Shown here: in pieces, positions 24,103 to 32,000 of the stretch
Layout: each line of letters opens with the position of its first letter
Numbering within the stretch: the stretch's first letter is position 1
Assembly (NCBI GenBank): GCA_050181915.1
Contig: JBFXCS010000002.1
Coordinates: 481,820-513,819 of the forward strand
Length of the DNA stretch: 32,000 nt
From: Thermoleophilia bacterium
GTDB lineage: Bacteria; Actinomycetota; Thermoleophilia; Miltoncostaeales; Miltoncostaeaceae
Direction: 5' to 3'
The notes under the pieces: generated by a model
Seen by the model: the letters and a program-made list of their open reading frames with translations, nothing else
Told to the model about the DNA's origin: nothing
Database searches by the model: none
Position numbers and translations under genes: made by a program

Positions 24103-24707
24103 CGGGCGACTTCGCCTTCGTCGACGAGCTCGTGGCCGGGGTACGCTGGGACGCGAAGTACGCGACGTGGGACAACTTCACCGGCAGGCCGGTGGACGGG
24201 TATCTGGCCAATCGCATCGTGGGCACGAGGGCCATGTGCGCCGCCCTGGAGCGGGCGCGAGACGAGGCCGCGACCCGTGGCCTCGGCCTGCTGCTCTGGG
24301 ACGGATACCGCCCTCAGCGCGCCGTGGATTGCTTCCTGCGCTGGGCGCGGCAACCGGAGGACGGCCGGACGAAGCTGCGGCACTACCCCAACATCGACAG
24401 GGCCCAGATGTTCGAGAGAGGGTACGTGGCGGCGCGGTCGGGCCACACCCGGGGCAGCACCGTCGACCTGACGCTCTACCACCTGGCCAGCGGCGAGCTC
24501 GTCCCCATGGGCGGCGGCTACGACCTGATGGATGCGGTCTCGCATCACGGAGCGCGCGGCATCACGCGGGCCGAGGCGGGCAACCGGCGATGCCTCCGCT
24601 CGCTCATGGAGGCCTGCGGGTTCCGCCCCTACGAGCGCGAGTGGTGGCACTACACCCTTCGCGGGGAGCCGTATCCGGACTCCTACTTCGATTTCACCAT
24701 CTCGTGA
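24099..24707 (+). CDS. vanX: VanX D-Ala-D-Ala dipeptidase
   Basis: WDGYRPQRAV, SGHTRGSTVDLT, EWWHYTL zinc-dipeptidase motifs; 202 aa. Confidence 0.9.
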   Translation: MTGDFAFVDELVAGVRWDAKYATWDNFTGRPVDGYLANRIVGTRAMCAALERARDEAATRGLGLLLWDGYRPQRAVDCFLRWARQPEDGRTKLRHYPNIDRAQMFERGYVAARSGHTRGSTVDLTLYHLASGELVPMGGGYDLMDAVSHHGARGITRAEAGNRRCLRSLMEACGFRPYEREWWHYTLRGEPYPDSYFDFTIS

Positions 24708-24732
24708 GGGCCGGCGGTGTCCGGGGTGACGG

Positions 24733-26079
24733 GTGCGCTGCTCGACCGCCGAGCTGACGGCCCGTCTGGGCGGTGAGCTGGTCGGGCCCGATGTGGTCGT
24801 CGAGGGGGCGGGCATCGACTCGAGGACGATCCGGCATGGGCAGCTCTACGTTCCGATCACGACCCGGCGCGACGGTCACGCCTTCATCCCGGCGGCGCTC
24901 GAGGCGGGCGCGCCGGCCTACCTCACCGCGCGGGAGCCGGTCGGCGGGACGGCCATCCGCGTCCGCGACACCGCCGCCGCCCTGCTGCGCCTCGGGGAGC
25001 TGGCCCGCGGTCGGCTCGGCGGCGCGATCGGCATCACTGGGTCGGTGGGCAAGACCACCACCAAGGACCTGCTGGCCGGTTGCCTGGCGACGACCTTCCG
25101 CACCGCCGCCAGCGAGCGCTCCTTCAACAACGAGCTGGGCCTCCCCCTGACGCTGTTCAACGCGCCGGAGGCCGCGCGCTGGGCGGTCCTCGAGATGGGG
25201 GCCCGGCGGGCGGGGGACATCGCGCGGCTGGCGCGGGTCGCACGACCCGAGGTCGGCGTCGTGACCAGCGTCGACATGGCGCACGTGGAGTACCTGGGCG
25301 ATCTCGACGGCGTGGCCCGCGCCAAGGGCGAGCTGGTGGCCGCCCTGCCGGCATCGGGTGTCGCGGTCCTGAACTTCGACGACCCCCGGGTCCGGGGCAT
25401 GGCGTCGCTCGGCGCATGTCCCGTGCTGGGGTACGGGGTGGACGGCCACGCCGAGGTGCGGGCCGAACGGGTCAGGCTCGACCGGGACCTGCGCGCCCGG
25501 TTCCGCCTGTCGTCGCCGTGGGGCCGGGCCGAGGTGCGGCTGGCGCTGCACGGCGTGCAGCAGGTCGCCGACGCGCTGGCGGCGGCGGCGGCCGCGCTGT
25601 GGTGCGGGGTCCCCATCGAGGCCGTGACCGCGGCGCTGGCGGTGAGCCGGGGCTCGCCCTGGCGCATGGAGGTCCATCGCCTGCCCGGCGGCCCCGTCCT
25701 GGTCGTCGACTGCTTCAACGCCATCCCCGCGTCGGCCGAGGCGGCCGTGCGCTCGCTGGCCGCGTTGCCGGGCCAGCGCCGGCTGGCGCTCCTCGGGCTG
25801 ATGGCCGAGCTGGGGGACCGCAGCGCCTCCGAGCATCATCGGATCGCCCTCGTGGCGGAGGAGCTCGGCATCGACGTGGTGGGGTACCGGACCGGCCTCT
25901 ACGGCGGGGCGTACGTGACCGGCGTCGACGAGGCCGTCGCCCTGCTGCGCACGATGGGCCCGGGTGACGCGGCACTCGTCAAGGGCAGCCGCGTGACGCG
26001 GCTCGAGGAGGTGGTGCACGCCTACGCGAGGGCCGTGGGCGCGTCGCCGCTCATCCTCGGCGCCGAGGCGCCCGGGTAG
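24733..26079 (+). CDS. murF: MurF paralog (UDP-MurNAc-tripeptide--D-alanyl-D-alanine/D-lactate ligase) inside the van operon
   Basis: GITGSVGKTTTKD P-loop, NNELGLPLTL, Mur ligase middle and C-terminal domains. No van module or obvious terminator separates it from vanX (25-nt gap). Confidence 0.85.
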   Translation: MRCSTAELTARLGGELVGPDVVVEGAGIDSRTIRHGQLYVPITTRRDGHAFIPAALEAGAPAYLTAREPVGGTAIRVRDTAAALLRLGELARGRLGGAIGITGSVGKTTTKDLLAGCLATTFRTAASERSFNNELGLPLTLFNAPEAARWAVLEMGARRAGDIARLARVARPEVGVVTSVDMAHVEYLGDLDGVARAKGELVAALPASGVAVLNFDDPRVRGMASLGACPVLGYGVDGHAEVRAERVRLDRDLRARFRLSSPWGRAEVRLALHGVQQVADALAAAAAALWCGVPIEAVTAALAVSRGSPWRMEVHRLPGGPVLVVDCFNAIPASAEAAVRSLAALPGQRRLALLGLMAELGDRSASEHHRIALVAEELGIDVVGYRTGLYGGAYVTGVDEAVALLRTMGPGDAALVKGSRVTRLEEVVHAYARAVGASPLILGAEAPG

Positions 26080-26097
26080 CGGCCTCGTGCCGCGGCC

Positions 26098-26165
26098 CGG
26101 CGATATCGCCGACATATCGAGAACCGCATACGCGCCGGCAACGCCGCACCCGCTGTACTCGCCGC
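26098..26165 (+). promoter_or_regulatory. van promoter module copy C (dioxygenase gene)
   Basis: ATATCG-N5-ATATCG (26102, 26113), CATACGCGCCGGCAACGC, TGTACT (26153-26158), ATG at 26166. Confidence 0.6.
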
Positions 26166-26966
26166 ATGACCTACCACGACGCATCAGCAGAGATCACCAC
26201 CGCGGAGGCGGCCAGGGCCGTGACGGACGACGGCTGGTCGGTGGTCGGAGTCCTCGACGGGCCCCTCGCCCGCCGTCTGCTCCAGGCGGTGGACGAGGTG
26301 ACGGCCCGATCCGCCGACGCCGGCGGACCGCTCCACCGGCTGTCGGGCCTGGCGCAGCACCCCGATCTGGCGGCGGTCGTCGACTGGCCGCCCCTCCTGG
26401 CGCTGGCGGTCGAGCTCCTGTCGCCCAACGTCTACATCAACCACTCCCACCTCGACGTCCACCCGCCCCACCCGCCCACCGGCGCCCGCCGCTGGCATCG
26501 CGACAACGGCCTGATGGGCCGGGACATGCGGCTGCTCTGGCGGGACCAGCCGAGGGTGACCCTGAAGGTCGCCGTCTACCTCACCGACGTGGAGTCCCCG
26601 GACGACGGCGCACTGGAGGTGGTGCCCCGCAGTCACCTCGACACGACGTCGCGATACCCCACCGAGGAGCAGCCCGACGGAGAGCCCATCCTCGGGCCCG
26701 CCGGCACGGTCGCCGTCTTCGACGCCCGGCTCTGGCACCGCCGGCGGGACAACCTCGGCACCCGCACCCGACGCGCCATGTTCATGGCGTACAGCTACCG
26801 CTGGCTGACCTCGCGCGACATCCCGTTCGAGGACGTGCCGGAGTGGGCCGACCTGTCCCCGATCCGCCGCCAGCTGCTCGGAGACCCGACGGTCGACCCG
26901 TTCTACTGGGCCTCCGGCGAGCTCCCGCTCGACCCCCGCTCCGCCGGCTACCCGGAGGCCGCCTGA
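26166..26966 (+). CDS. phytanoyl-CoA dioxygenase (PhyH)-family Fe(II)/2-oxoglutarate oxygenase
   Basis: HxD in RRWHRDNG, distal His in FDARLWHRRRDN, and R in TRRAMFMAY. Length and pattern fit the PhyH family. Confidence 0.7.
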   Translation: MTYHDASAEITTAEAARAVTDDGWSVVGVLDGPLARRLLQAVDEVTARSADAGGPLHRLSGLAQHPDLAAVVDWPPLLALAVELLSPNVYINHSHLDVHPPHPPTGARRWHRDNGLMGRDMRLLWRDQPRVTLKVAVYLTDVESPDDGALEVVPRSHLDTTSRYPTEEQPDGEPILGPAGTVAVFDARLWHRRRDNLGTRTRRAMFMAYSYRWLTSRDIPFEDVPEWADLSPIRRQLLGDPTVDPFYWASGELPLDPRSAGYPEAA

Positions 26967-26975
26967 TCGGAGCCG

Positions 26976-27042
26976 GCGCATATCGTCGGCGTATCGGAAA
27001 CGGCATACGCGCCGGCAACGCGGCGCCGCCTTGACTGGGGGC
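26976..27042 (+). promoter_or_regulatory. van promoter module copy D (VanY-like gene)
   Basis: ATATCG-N5-GTATCG (26980, 26991), CATACGCGCCGGCAACGC, TTGACT (27031-27036), GTG at 27043. Confidence 0.6.
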
Positions 27043-27627
27043 GTGACCCACGGCGAGCCGGCACGGACGATGCGACGGGTTCGGATGCGGTGGATCCGCG
27101 TCGCCGGCCTGCTCGTCGCCATGGGGGCGATCGCCGCGACCCTCGGCCATCAGATCCTGGCGTCCTCGGCGCTCGGCGAGGCCGACGGCGCCGTCCCCGA
27201 CGGCACGACGGTCTTCGACGACGCGGTCCCGGGCGTGGCCAACCTCGACCCGTCCCTCCTCGGCGCCCTGCGCCGAGCCGCGGCCGTCGCCGCGGGCGAG
27301 GGGATCACCCTCTACGTCGACAGCGGCTGGCGCTCGCCGGAGTACCAGGAGCACCTGCTCCGCGAGGCGACCCGGAAGTACGGCTCGCAGGAGGAGGCCG
27401 CCCGCTGGGTGGCCACCCCCGTCGCCTCCGCCCACGTGTCGGGGGACGCGGTCGACATCGGGCGCTCCGACGCCCGGGCATGGCTGTCCCGGCACGGCGC
27501 CGGCTACGGGTTGTGCCAGATCTACGGCAACGAGCCCTGGCACTACGAGCTGCGCCCCGAGGCCATCGATCGCGGCTGCCCTCCCCCGTACGCCGACCCG
27601 ACGCACGACCCGAGGATGCGGAGGTGA
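27043..27627 (+). CDS. vanY: VanY-type (M15B) zinc D,D-carboxypeptidase, membrane anchored
   Basis: SGWRSPEYQ, SAHVSGDAVDI, NEPWHYE motifs and an N-terminal TM helix. The GTG at 27043 is chosen by its spacing to the promoter module; alternatives are TTG 27031 and ATG 27070/27085. Confidence 0.8.
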   Translation: MTHGEPARTMRRVRMRWIRVAGLLVAMGAIAATLGHQILASSALGEADGAVPDGTTVFDDAVPGVANLDPSLLGALRRAAAVAAGEGITLYVDSGWRSPEYQEHLLREATRKYGSQEEAARWVATPVASAHVSGDAVDIGRSDARAWLSRHGAGYGLCQIYGNEPWHYELRPEAIDRGCPPPYADPTHDPRMRR

Positions 27628-27653
27628 CCCGGCACCGATCCGCACGGGCCGGG

Positions 27654-27941
27654 TCAGCCCCCGGCGACCACCTCGTCGAAGAACTCGATCGTGGTCGACT
27701 CCAGGTCGACCGTGGCCTCGGCCATCGCGGCGCGCAGGTCCTCGTCGGCGAGGTACGCGTCGGCGGCGGCGCGGCTGTCGAAGGTGTGCGTCACCACGAT
27801 GTCGGTGCGATCGCCGCTCGCGCTGAGGGCGGCGTGCGCCCGCACGCCGCCGGCCCGCTGCGCGTCGGCGAAACCGCGATAGACGGCGAGCCAGGCGTCG
27901 AAGTCCCCCACCCGATGGCGGATCAGGACGGTCGTCCTCAT
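27654..27941 (-). CDS. small ferredoxin-like (dimeric alpha/beta-barrel type) protein, function unknown
   Basis: The ATG at 27939-27941 is preceded by the strong RBS GAGGAGGAAG and makes an ATGA overlap with the aldolase stop. 95 aa (MRTTVLIRHRVGDFDAWLAVY...). The rest of the 332-aa ORF is off-frame junk. Confidence 0.5.
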   Translation of the reverse strand: MRTTVLIRHRVGDFDAWLAVYRGFADAQRAGGVRAHAALSASGDRTDIVVTHTFDSRAAADAYLADEDLRAAMAEATVDLESTTIEFFDEVVAGG

Positions 27942-28774
27942 CGCTTCCTCCTCGACGGCGTCGCGCCGTCCGTCGCGTCCGCGCCCCTGCGGAGCAGGAG
28001 CTGCCGCTTCGCGGTGGCGATGTCGTCGGAGAGCTCGCGGCACGATGCGGCGAACAGGCTCACGTCGACGCCGACCGACACCATCTGGGCGCCCATCTCG
28101 ATCAGGTCGAGCGCCGCCGCGGCCGACCACGCCAGGTCGAGCACCGGCAGCCCGTTCGCGCGCGCGGCCGCGTAGACGCGCTCGCGCTCGCTCGCGACGT
28201 CCGCGGAATGGGCCTCGGCCGGCATGCCCATCGAGACGGCCAGGTCGAACGGCCCGAAGAAGATGCCGCCGAGGCCGGGCACGGCGGCGATCTCCTCGAT
28301 GCGCTCGACGCCCGCGTACTCCTCGATGAGCGCGACCACCAGCGTCTCGTCCTGCGAGCGGGAGTAGTGATGGGGCCAGTCCGTCAGCCCCTGGTGGGAG
28401 CCGATGACGGCGGGCGTCGCGGAGCGGCGTCCCTTGGGGTGGTGGTAGCCGGCCGAGACGGCCGCCGCGGCCTCGGCCGCGGAGTTGACGTGGGGCACGA
28501 TGACGGCGGCCGCGCCCATGTCGAGGGCCTTCAGGATCTGGCCGGGGTCGTTCCAGGTCACGCGGACCGCGGCGGCGAGGTTGGCCGACCAGGCGGCGCG
28601 GATCAGGTTCGCGAGGTCGGAGCCGTACGGGCTCACCGCCGCGTGCTCGCAATCGATGATCACGAAGTCGAGGCCGGCGTGTCCGATCGTCTCCACCATC
28701 ACCTGGGAACCCGACGTGGAGAAGGTGCCGATGAGCGCATCGCCGCGGTCGAGCGCCTGCTTCAGGTTGAGCAC
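27938..28774 (-). CDS. HpcH/HpaI-family 2-keto-3-deoxy-acid aldolase
   Basis: GLDFVIIDCEHA, VRV...ILKALDMGAAAVIVPHV, IEE..GVERIEEIAAVPGLGGIFFGPFDL, typical of class II aldolases of this family. Confidence 0.8.
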   Translation of the reverse strand: MLNLKQALDRGDALIGTFSTSGSQVMVETIGHAGLDFVIIDCEHAAVSPYGSDLANLIRAAWSANLAAAVRVTWNDPGQILKALDMGAAAVIVPHVNSAAEAAAAVSAGYHHPKGRRSATPAVIGSHQGLTDWPHHYSRSQDETLVVALIEEYAGVERIEEIAAVPGLGGIFFGPFDLAVSMGMPAEAHSADVASERERVYAAARANGLPVLDLAWSAAAALDLIEMGAQMVSVGVDVSLFAASCRELSDDIATAKRQLLLRRGADATDGATPSRRKR

Positions 28775-28862
28775 GGAGGGACTCCTGGGGACGGGGGTTG
28801 GCGTGATGACGCCGCGGCCGGTCCGGCGAAGGGGGACGCCGGGCCGGCCGCGGGCCGGACGG

Positions 28863-30071
28863 TCAGGCCCCGGTCTCCTTCACGATCCAGATGCCGTCGT
28901 TCGTGCCCGACAGGTAGATGTAGCCGCGCGGGTCGACCAGCACGTCCTGCGTGCACGCCACCCGGCTCCCCCCGTGGAAGATGTCGAACTCCCGGTCGTA
29001 GGGACGCGGATCCAGGATCGCCCCCGGGTCGGGCGCCACGAACGAGGCCACCTCGCGCGGGCGGGCCGAGTCCGCGATGTCGTAGATCCGCAGGCCGGCG
29101 TTGCAGTACGTCGCGTAGATCTTGTCGACCTCGCGCTTCGTGTTCACGTGGTTCTCGTGAATGCAGTGCGGGCCGAAGCGGTCGCCGCGCTCGAAGTACG
29201 TCTCGTACGGCTCCTCCGAGGAGGGCTCCGGGATCGGCATCTTGGAGATGGGCTCCGGGTGCTCCTCGTCGCTGATGTCGAACACCCAGATGCTCTTGAG
29301 GCCCTCGCCGCCGAAGTTCGCCGTGTTCTCCTCGATCACGACCAGCTCGTCGCGCTCGGCGATCGGCATGCAGGTGTGCGTGTTGCCGTCCGACATCTCC
29401 GGGAAGGTCTTCACATGGGAGATCAGGCGCGGGTTCGCCCGGTCCTCGATGTCGACGATCGCGAAGCCCCCGTCCCAGTAGGCGACGTAGGCGCGGTCCC
29501 CCTCGACGAGGGGCTGGTGGGTGTACAGCGTCTCGCCGTCGCCGATCGGCGGGCCGCCGGGTCGCTGCTCCGGCAGCCAGAACTCCGACACCTTGCGGGG
29601 CGCCGTCGGATCCGACACGTCGAGGGTGAGCATGATGCGGGTCATGTCCGGCGCGCCGTGCATCGAGATGCCCGGCGCGGCGATGCCGGCGGACACGTAG
29701 GCGTACTCGCCGCCGTTCCACCAGGACCGATGGCAGCCGATGCCGCCCGCCTCGGCGAACCCCACCTCGCGCGGCGCGATCGGGTCGGTCGCGTCGAAGA
29801 AGCGCACCCCGCTCCTCACGTTCGCCGCGTCGACGTCGGCCGCGAAGAAGTTCAGCTCCGACGGGATCATCATGAGCCCCTCGGCGAGCTGCACCTTGAT
29901 GTGCCACGTGTCCTTGTTCGGCGTCGGGATGAACCCCGCGACCGCCGGCGACGCCGGGTCGGTGACGTCGAGGATGCTCACGCCGCCCGACCAGAAGTGG
30001 CCGACGTACAGGTAGTGGCGGCCCGCGACCTCCTGGTACTGCATCTGCAGGCCGTCGGGCTTCCCGTCCAT
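28863..30071 (-). CDS. LVIVD-repeat beta-propeller protein
   Basis: Repeated blocks G.aY.a....g.l.i.Di.dP..P (VSILDVTDPASP, VRFFDATDPIAP, LTLDVSDPTAP, FAIVDIEDRANP, IWVFDISDEEHP, LRIYDIADSARP). Coding signal continues upstream of the ATG (see findings). Confidence 0.7.
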   Translation of the reverse strand: MDGKPDGLQMQYQEVAGRHYLYVGHFWSGGVSILDVTDPASPAVAGFIPTPNKDTWHIKVQLAEGLMMIPSELNFFAADVDAANVRSGVRFFDATDPIAPREVGFAEAGGIGCHRSWWNGGEYAYVSAGIAAPGISMHGAPDMTRIMLTLDVSDPTAPRKVSEFWLPEQRPGGPPIGDGETLYTHQPLVEGDRAYVAYWDGGFAIVDIEDRANPRLISHVKTFPEMSDGNTHTCMPIAERDELVVIEENTANFGGEGLKSIWVFDISDEEHPEPISKMPIPEPSSEEPYETYFERGDRFGPHCIHENHVNTKREVDKIYATYCNAGLRIYDIADSARPREVASFVAPDPGAILDPRPYDREFDIFHGGSRVACTQDVLVDPRGYIYLSGTNDGIWIVKETGA

Positions 30072-30215
30072 GTCGGTGTAGCCGACGATCTCGACGCCGT
30101 GGGCGACGGGGTGGTCGAGAACCGGGCCGCGGACGCGCGTCGCGGCCCTCCGGCTCCTCGTCTGACTGGTGATGGCTGCTCCCTTCCTCGGATGGATGCT
30201 GGACGGCCCTGGCGC

Positions 30216-31340
30216 CTAGCCGGCGCTGCAGCTGGCGCGGAACTCGGCGTCGATCTCCAGGTCGAGCGGAGCCTCGTCGATGTTCGCGGGCGTGTAGACG
30301 TTCCCCGGCACGACGGTGAGCTCATCGGGAGAGCCGCCCTCGAGCAGGGAGATGGTGTTGGCGACGACCAGGCGGCCGTAGTAGACGGCGGGCACGCCCA
30401 GCACGATCGCGAGACGGTCCTCCTGGAGAAGGCGGATCTGATCGCAGTCGCCGAGGATCTGGCCGACCGCGAAGGCCTCGCCGGCGCGCCCGCCCGCGGC
30501 GAGCGCGTCGCTCGCGGCGGCGGCCATCGCCGTCGTGGTGGTCATCACGCCCGCCAGGTCGGGGTGGCGCACGAGCTGCGTCTCGACGGCGGCCTGCACC
30601 TTCGAGGGGTCGAAGTCGGGGATCGTCTGGGTCGCGACCACATCGATTCCCGGGAACTCGGCGAGGGCGCGCTCCATGCCCTCCTGCAGCGAGCTCTGGT
30701 ACGCGGACCCGGCGCCGCCGAGCACGACGATCGCCTTGCCCTCGCCGCCCATCTTCCGGAACAGGGCCGACGCCATGGTCTCGCCGTCGAGGCTGAAGTC
30801 GCCGGTCACGGTCATCTTGAGGGGCATGTCCGGAGGCTGCACGAAGCCGATCACCTCGATGCCCGCGTCCTCCGCCTTCTTCAGGGCGGGGACCACCGCC
30901 GTCGGATCCGTGGCCCACACCACGAGGGCGTCGGGCTTCTGCAGGATGGCCGCCTCGATCTGGTCGATCTGCTTCGGCACGTTCTGGTATCCGCCCGCGT
31001 CGTTCACCGTGACCTCGGCGCCCAGCTCCTTCGCGTACTCCTGGACCGCCCGCGCCGCGCTGATCGCGAACGCGTCGCTGCGATGCGCCTGCAGGAGGAC
31101 GATGCGATACGCCCGATCGGGCTTCTCGATCTCCGGCAGGGCGTACTCGTTGATGTGCCCCACCTCGGGAGCCTGAACCTGCCCGGTCTGGCCGCCGTCG
31201 GTGGCCGCGGCTCCGTCGTCGGAGTCGTCGCCGCAGCCGGCGAGCAGCGCACCGGCGCAGAGAGCCGCGGCGGCCAGGCCGAGGACGGTGGCCAGGCGCC
31301 GGCGCGGCGCTCGGCGTGGGGGCGGTGCGAGGGGACTCAC
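30216..31340 (-). CDS. sugar ABC transporter substrate-binding lipoprotein (periplasmic-binding-protein type I)
   Basis: GTG at 31338-31340, 9 nt after the RBS AAGGAGG. Signal peptide with lipobox LLAGCG. The pattern ALVVWATDP...IEVIGF matches ribose/monosaccharide-type binding proteins. Confidence 0.8.
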   Translation of the reverse strand: MSPLAPPPRRAPRRRLATVLGLAAAALCAGALLAGCGDDSDDGAAATDGGQTGQVQAPEVGHINEYALPEIEKPDRAYRIVLLQAHRSDAFAISAARAVQEYAKELGAEVTVNDAGGYQNVPKQIDQIEAAILQKPDALVVWATDPTAVVPALKKAEDAGIEVIGFVQPPDMPLKMTVTGDFSLDGETMASALFRKMGGEGKAIVVLGGAGSAYQSSLQEGMERALAEFPGIDVVATQTIPDFDPSKVQAAVETQLVRHPDLAGVMTTTTAMAAAASDALAAGGRAGEAFAVGQILGDCDQIRLLQEDRLAIVLGVPAVYYGRLVVANTISLLEGGSPDELTVVPGNVYTPANIDEAPLDLEIDAEFRASCSAG

Positions 31341-31404
31341 GGTGATGGACCTCCTTGGGAAGAAGACGGCGCCCGCCGGGACCGGGGGCGCGGATGCGGA
31401 GTGC

Positions 31405-32000
31405 TCAGGCGGCCCGCGCGTCCGGCAGTTGGGCGCGCATGAGCGACTCCTCCGAGGCGTCTGCGGCATCCATCTCCGCCGCCAGGCGCCCCTCCCGCAT
31501 CACGGCGATGCGATGGCACAGCCCGATCAGCTCGAGCATGTCGGAGGAGGAGACGACGACGCCGAAGCCGTCGGCGGCGAGGTCGGCGAGGGCCCGGTAG
31601 ATCTCGCCGCGCGCGCCGATGTCGACGCCGGCGGTGGGCTCGTCGCACACGACCACCCGGGTGCCGGCGCAGAGGACGCGCGACAGGACCACCTTCTGCT
31701 GGTTGCCGCCCGACAGGGTGCGGATGGGCGCCCGGACGCCCGCGGCCTTGATCGCGAAGCGATCGATGAAGGTCCGCGCCCGCGAGCGCTCGGCGCGGGG
31801 CGAGATCACCGCGAGCCGCCCGAGCGACCGCAGGGAGGCGAGCGTGATCGAGCGCCCCACCGAGAAGGTCGGGACGATCGCCTGGCGCCGGCGGTCCGGG
31901 GGCACGAAGCCGAGGCCTCGGCGCAGAGCGCGCGCCGGGGTGGGGCGCGGCAGGTGGCGCCCTATCACGACGAGACGGCCGCGGGCGCCGGGCTCGACGC
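31405..32000 (-). CDS. sugar ABC transporter ATP-binding protein, C-terminal part; 5' end lies outside the window
   Basis: Signature LSGGNQQKVVL and Walker B VVVCDEPTAGVDIGA. The frame stays open to the window edge. Confidence 0.8.
   Translation of the reverse strand, partial: VEPGARGRLVVIGRHLPRPTPARALRRGLGFVPPDRRRQAIVPTFSVGRSITLASLRSLGRLAVISPRAERSRARTFIDRFAIKAAGVRAPIRTLSGGNQQKVVLSRVLCAGTRVVVCDEPTAGVDIGARGEIYRALADLAADGFGVVVSSSDMLELIGLCHRIAVMREGRLAAEMDAADASEESLMRAQLPDARAA

Noticed and set aside
1-32000. CRISPR arrays, rRNA genes, riboswitch-like elements.
   Set aside because: No regularly spaced short repeats and no rRNA-like or conserved leader structures were seen anywhere in the window.

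Overview
Very GC-rich, actinobacterial-type DNA: third codon positions are almost all G/C, tRNAs lack an encoded CCA, and many gene junctions are ATGA/GTGA overlaps. Gene calls rest on motif reading and third-position GC (GC3), because most long ORFs in the track are off-frame Arg/Pro/Gly-rich artefacts.

Layout:
- 1-7282: housekeeping block. Cation/proton antiporter 3' end, ArsR-SRPBCC operon, NmrA-like reductase, tRNA-Ala(CGC), a degenerate CpsB/PHP-like protein, galE, tmk, holB, a secreted protein and tRNA-Thr(CGT).
- 7283-15110: accessory island directly after tRNA-Thr. It has a decayed plasmid/AICE-like module (RepSA/HUH-like gene, excisionase-like gene, iteron-like repeats, no integrase seen). 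It then has a tightly coupled six-gene operon: XRE HTH, ImmA/IrrE protease, PIN-like (DUF3368-type), TIR-SAVED, CD-NTase/SMODS cyclase, and an E2-like protein with a SEC-C knuckle. The island ends in an hsdM fragment fused to an IS481-type transposase pseudogene.
- 15111-18905: LuxR regulator, O-methyltransferase, alkaline phosphatase.
- 19074-27627: glycopeptide-resistance cluster. vanS and vanR run leftward; rightward are an S11 DD-carboxypeptidase, vanH-vanA-vanX-murF paralog, a PhyH-family dioxygenase and a VanY-type M15 carboxypeptidase. Four copies of a conserved promoter module place the start codon 20-21 nt after an invariant core.
- 27654-32000: catabolic/transport genes. Small alpha/beta-barrel protein, HpcH aldolase, LVIVD-repeat protein, sugar ABC binding lipoprotein, ABC ATPase (partial).

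Best candidate for a new system: the CBASS-like operon with in-operon CapH/CapP-like regulators, an extra PIN-like gene and an E2-only/SEC-C protein. All family assignments come from reading the sequence and need HMM or structure confirmation.
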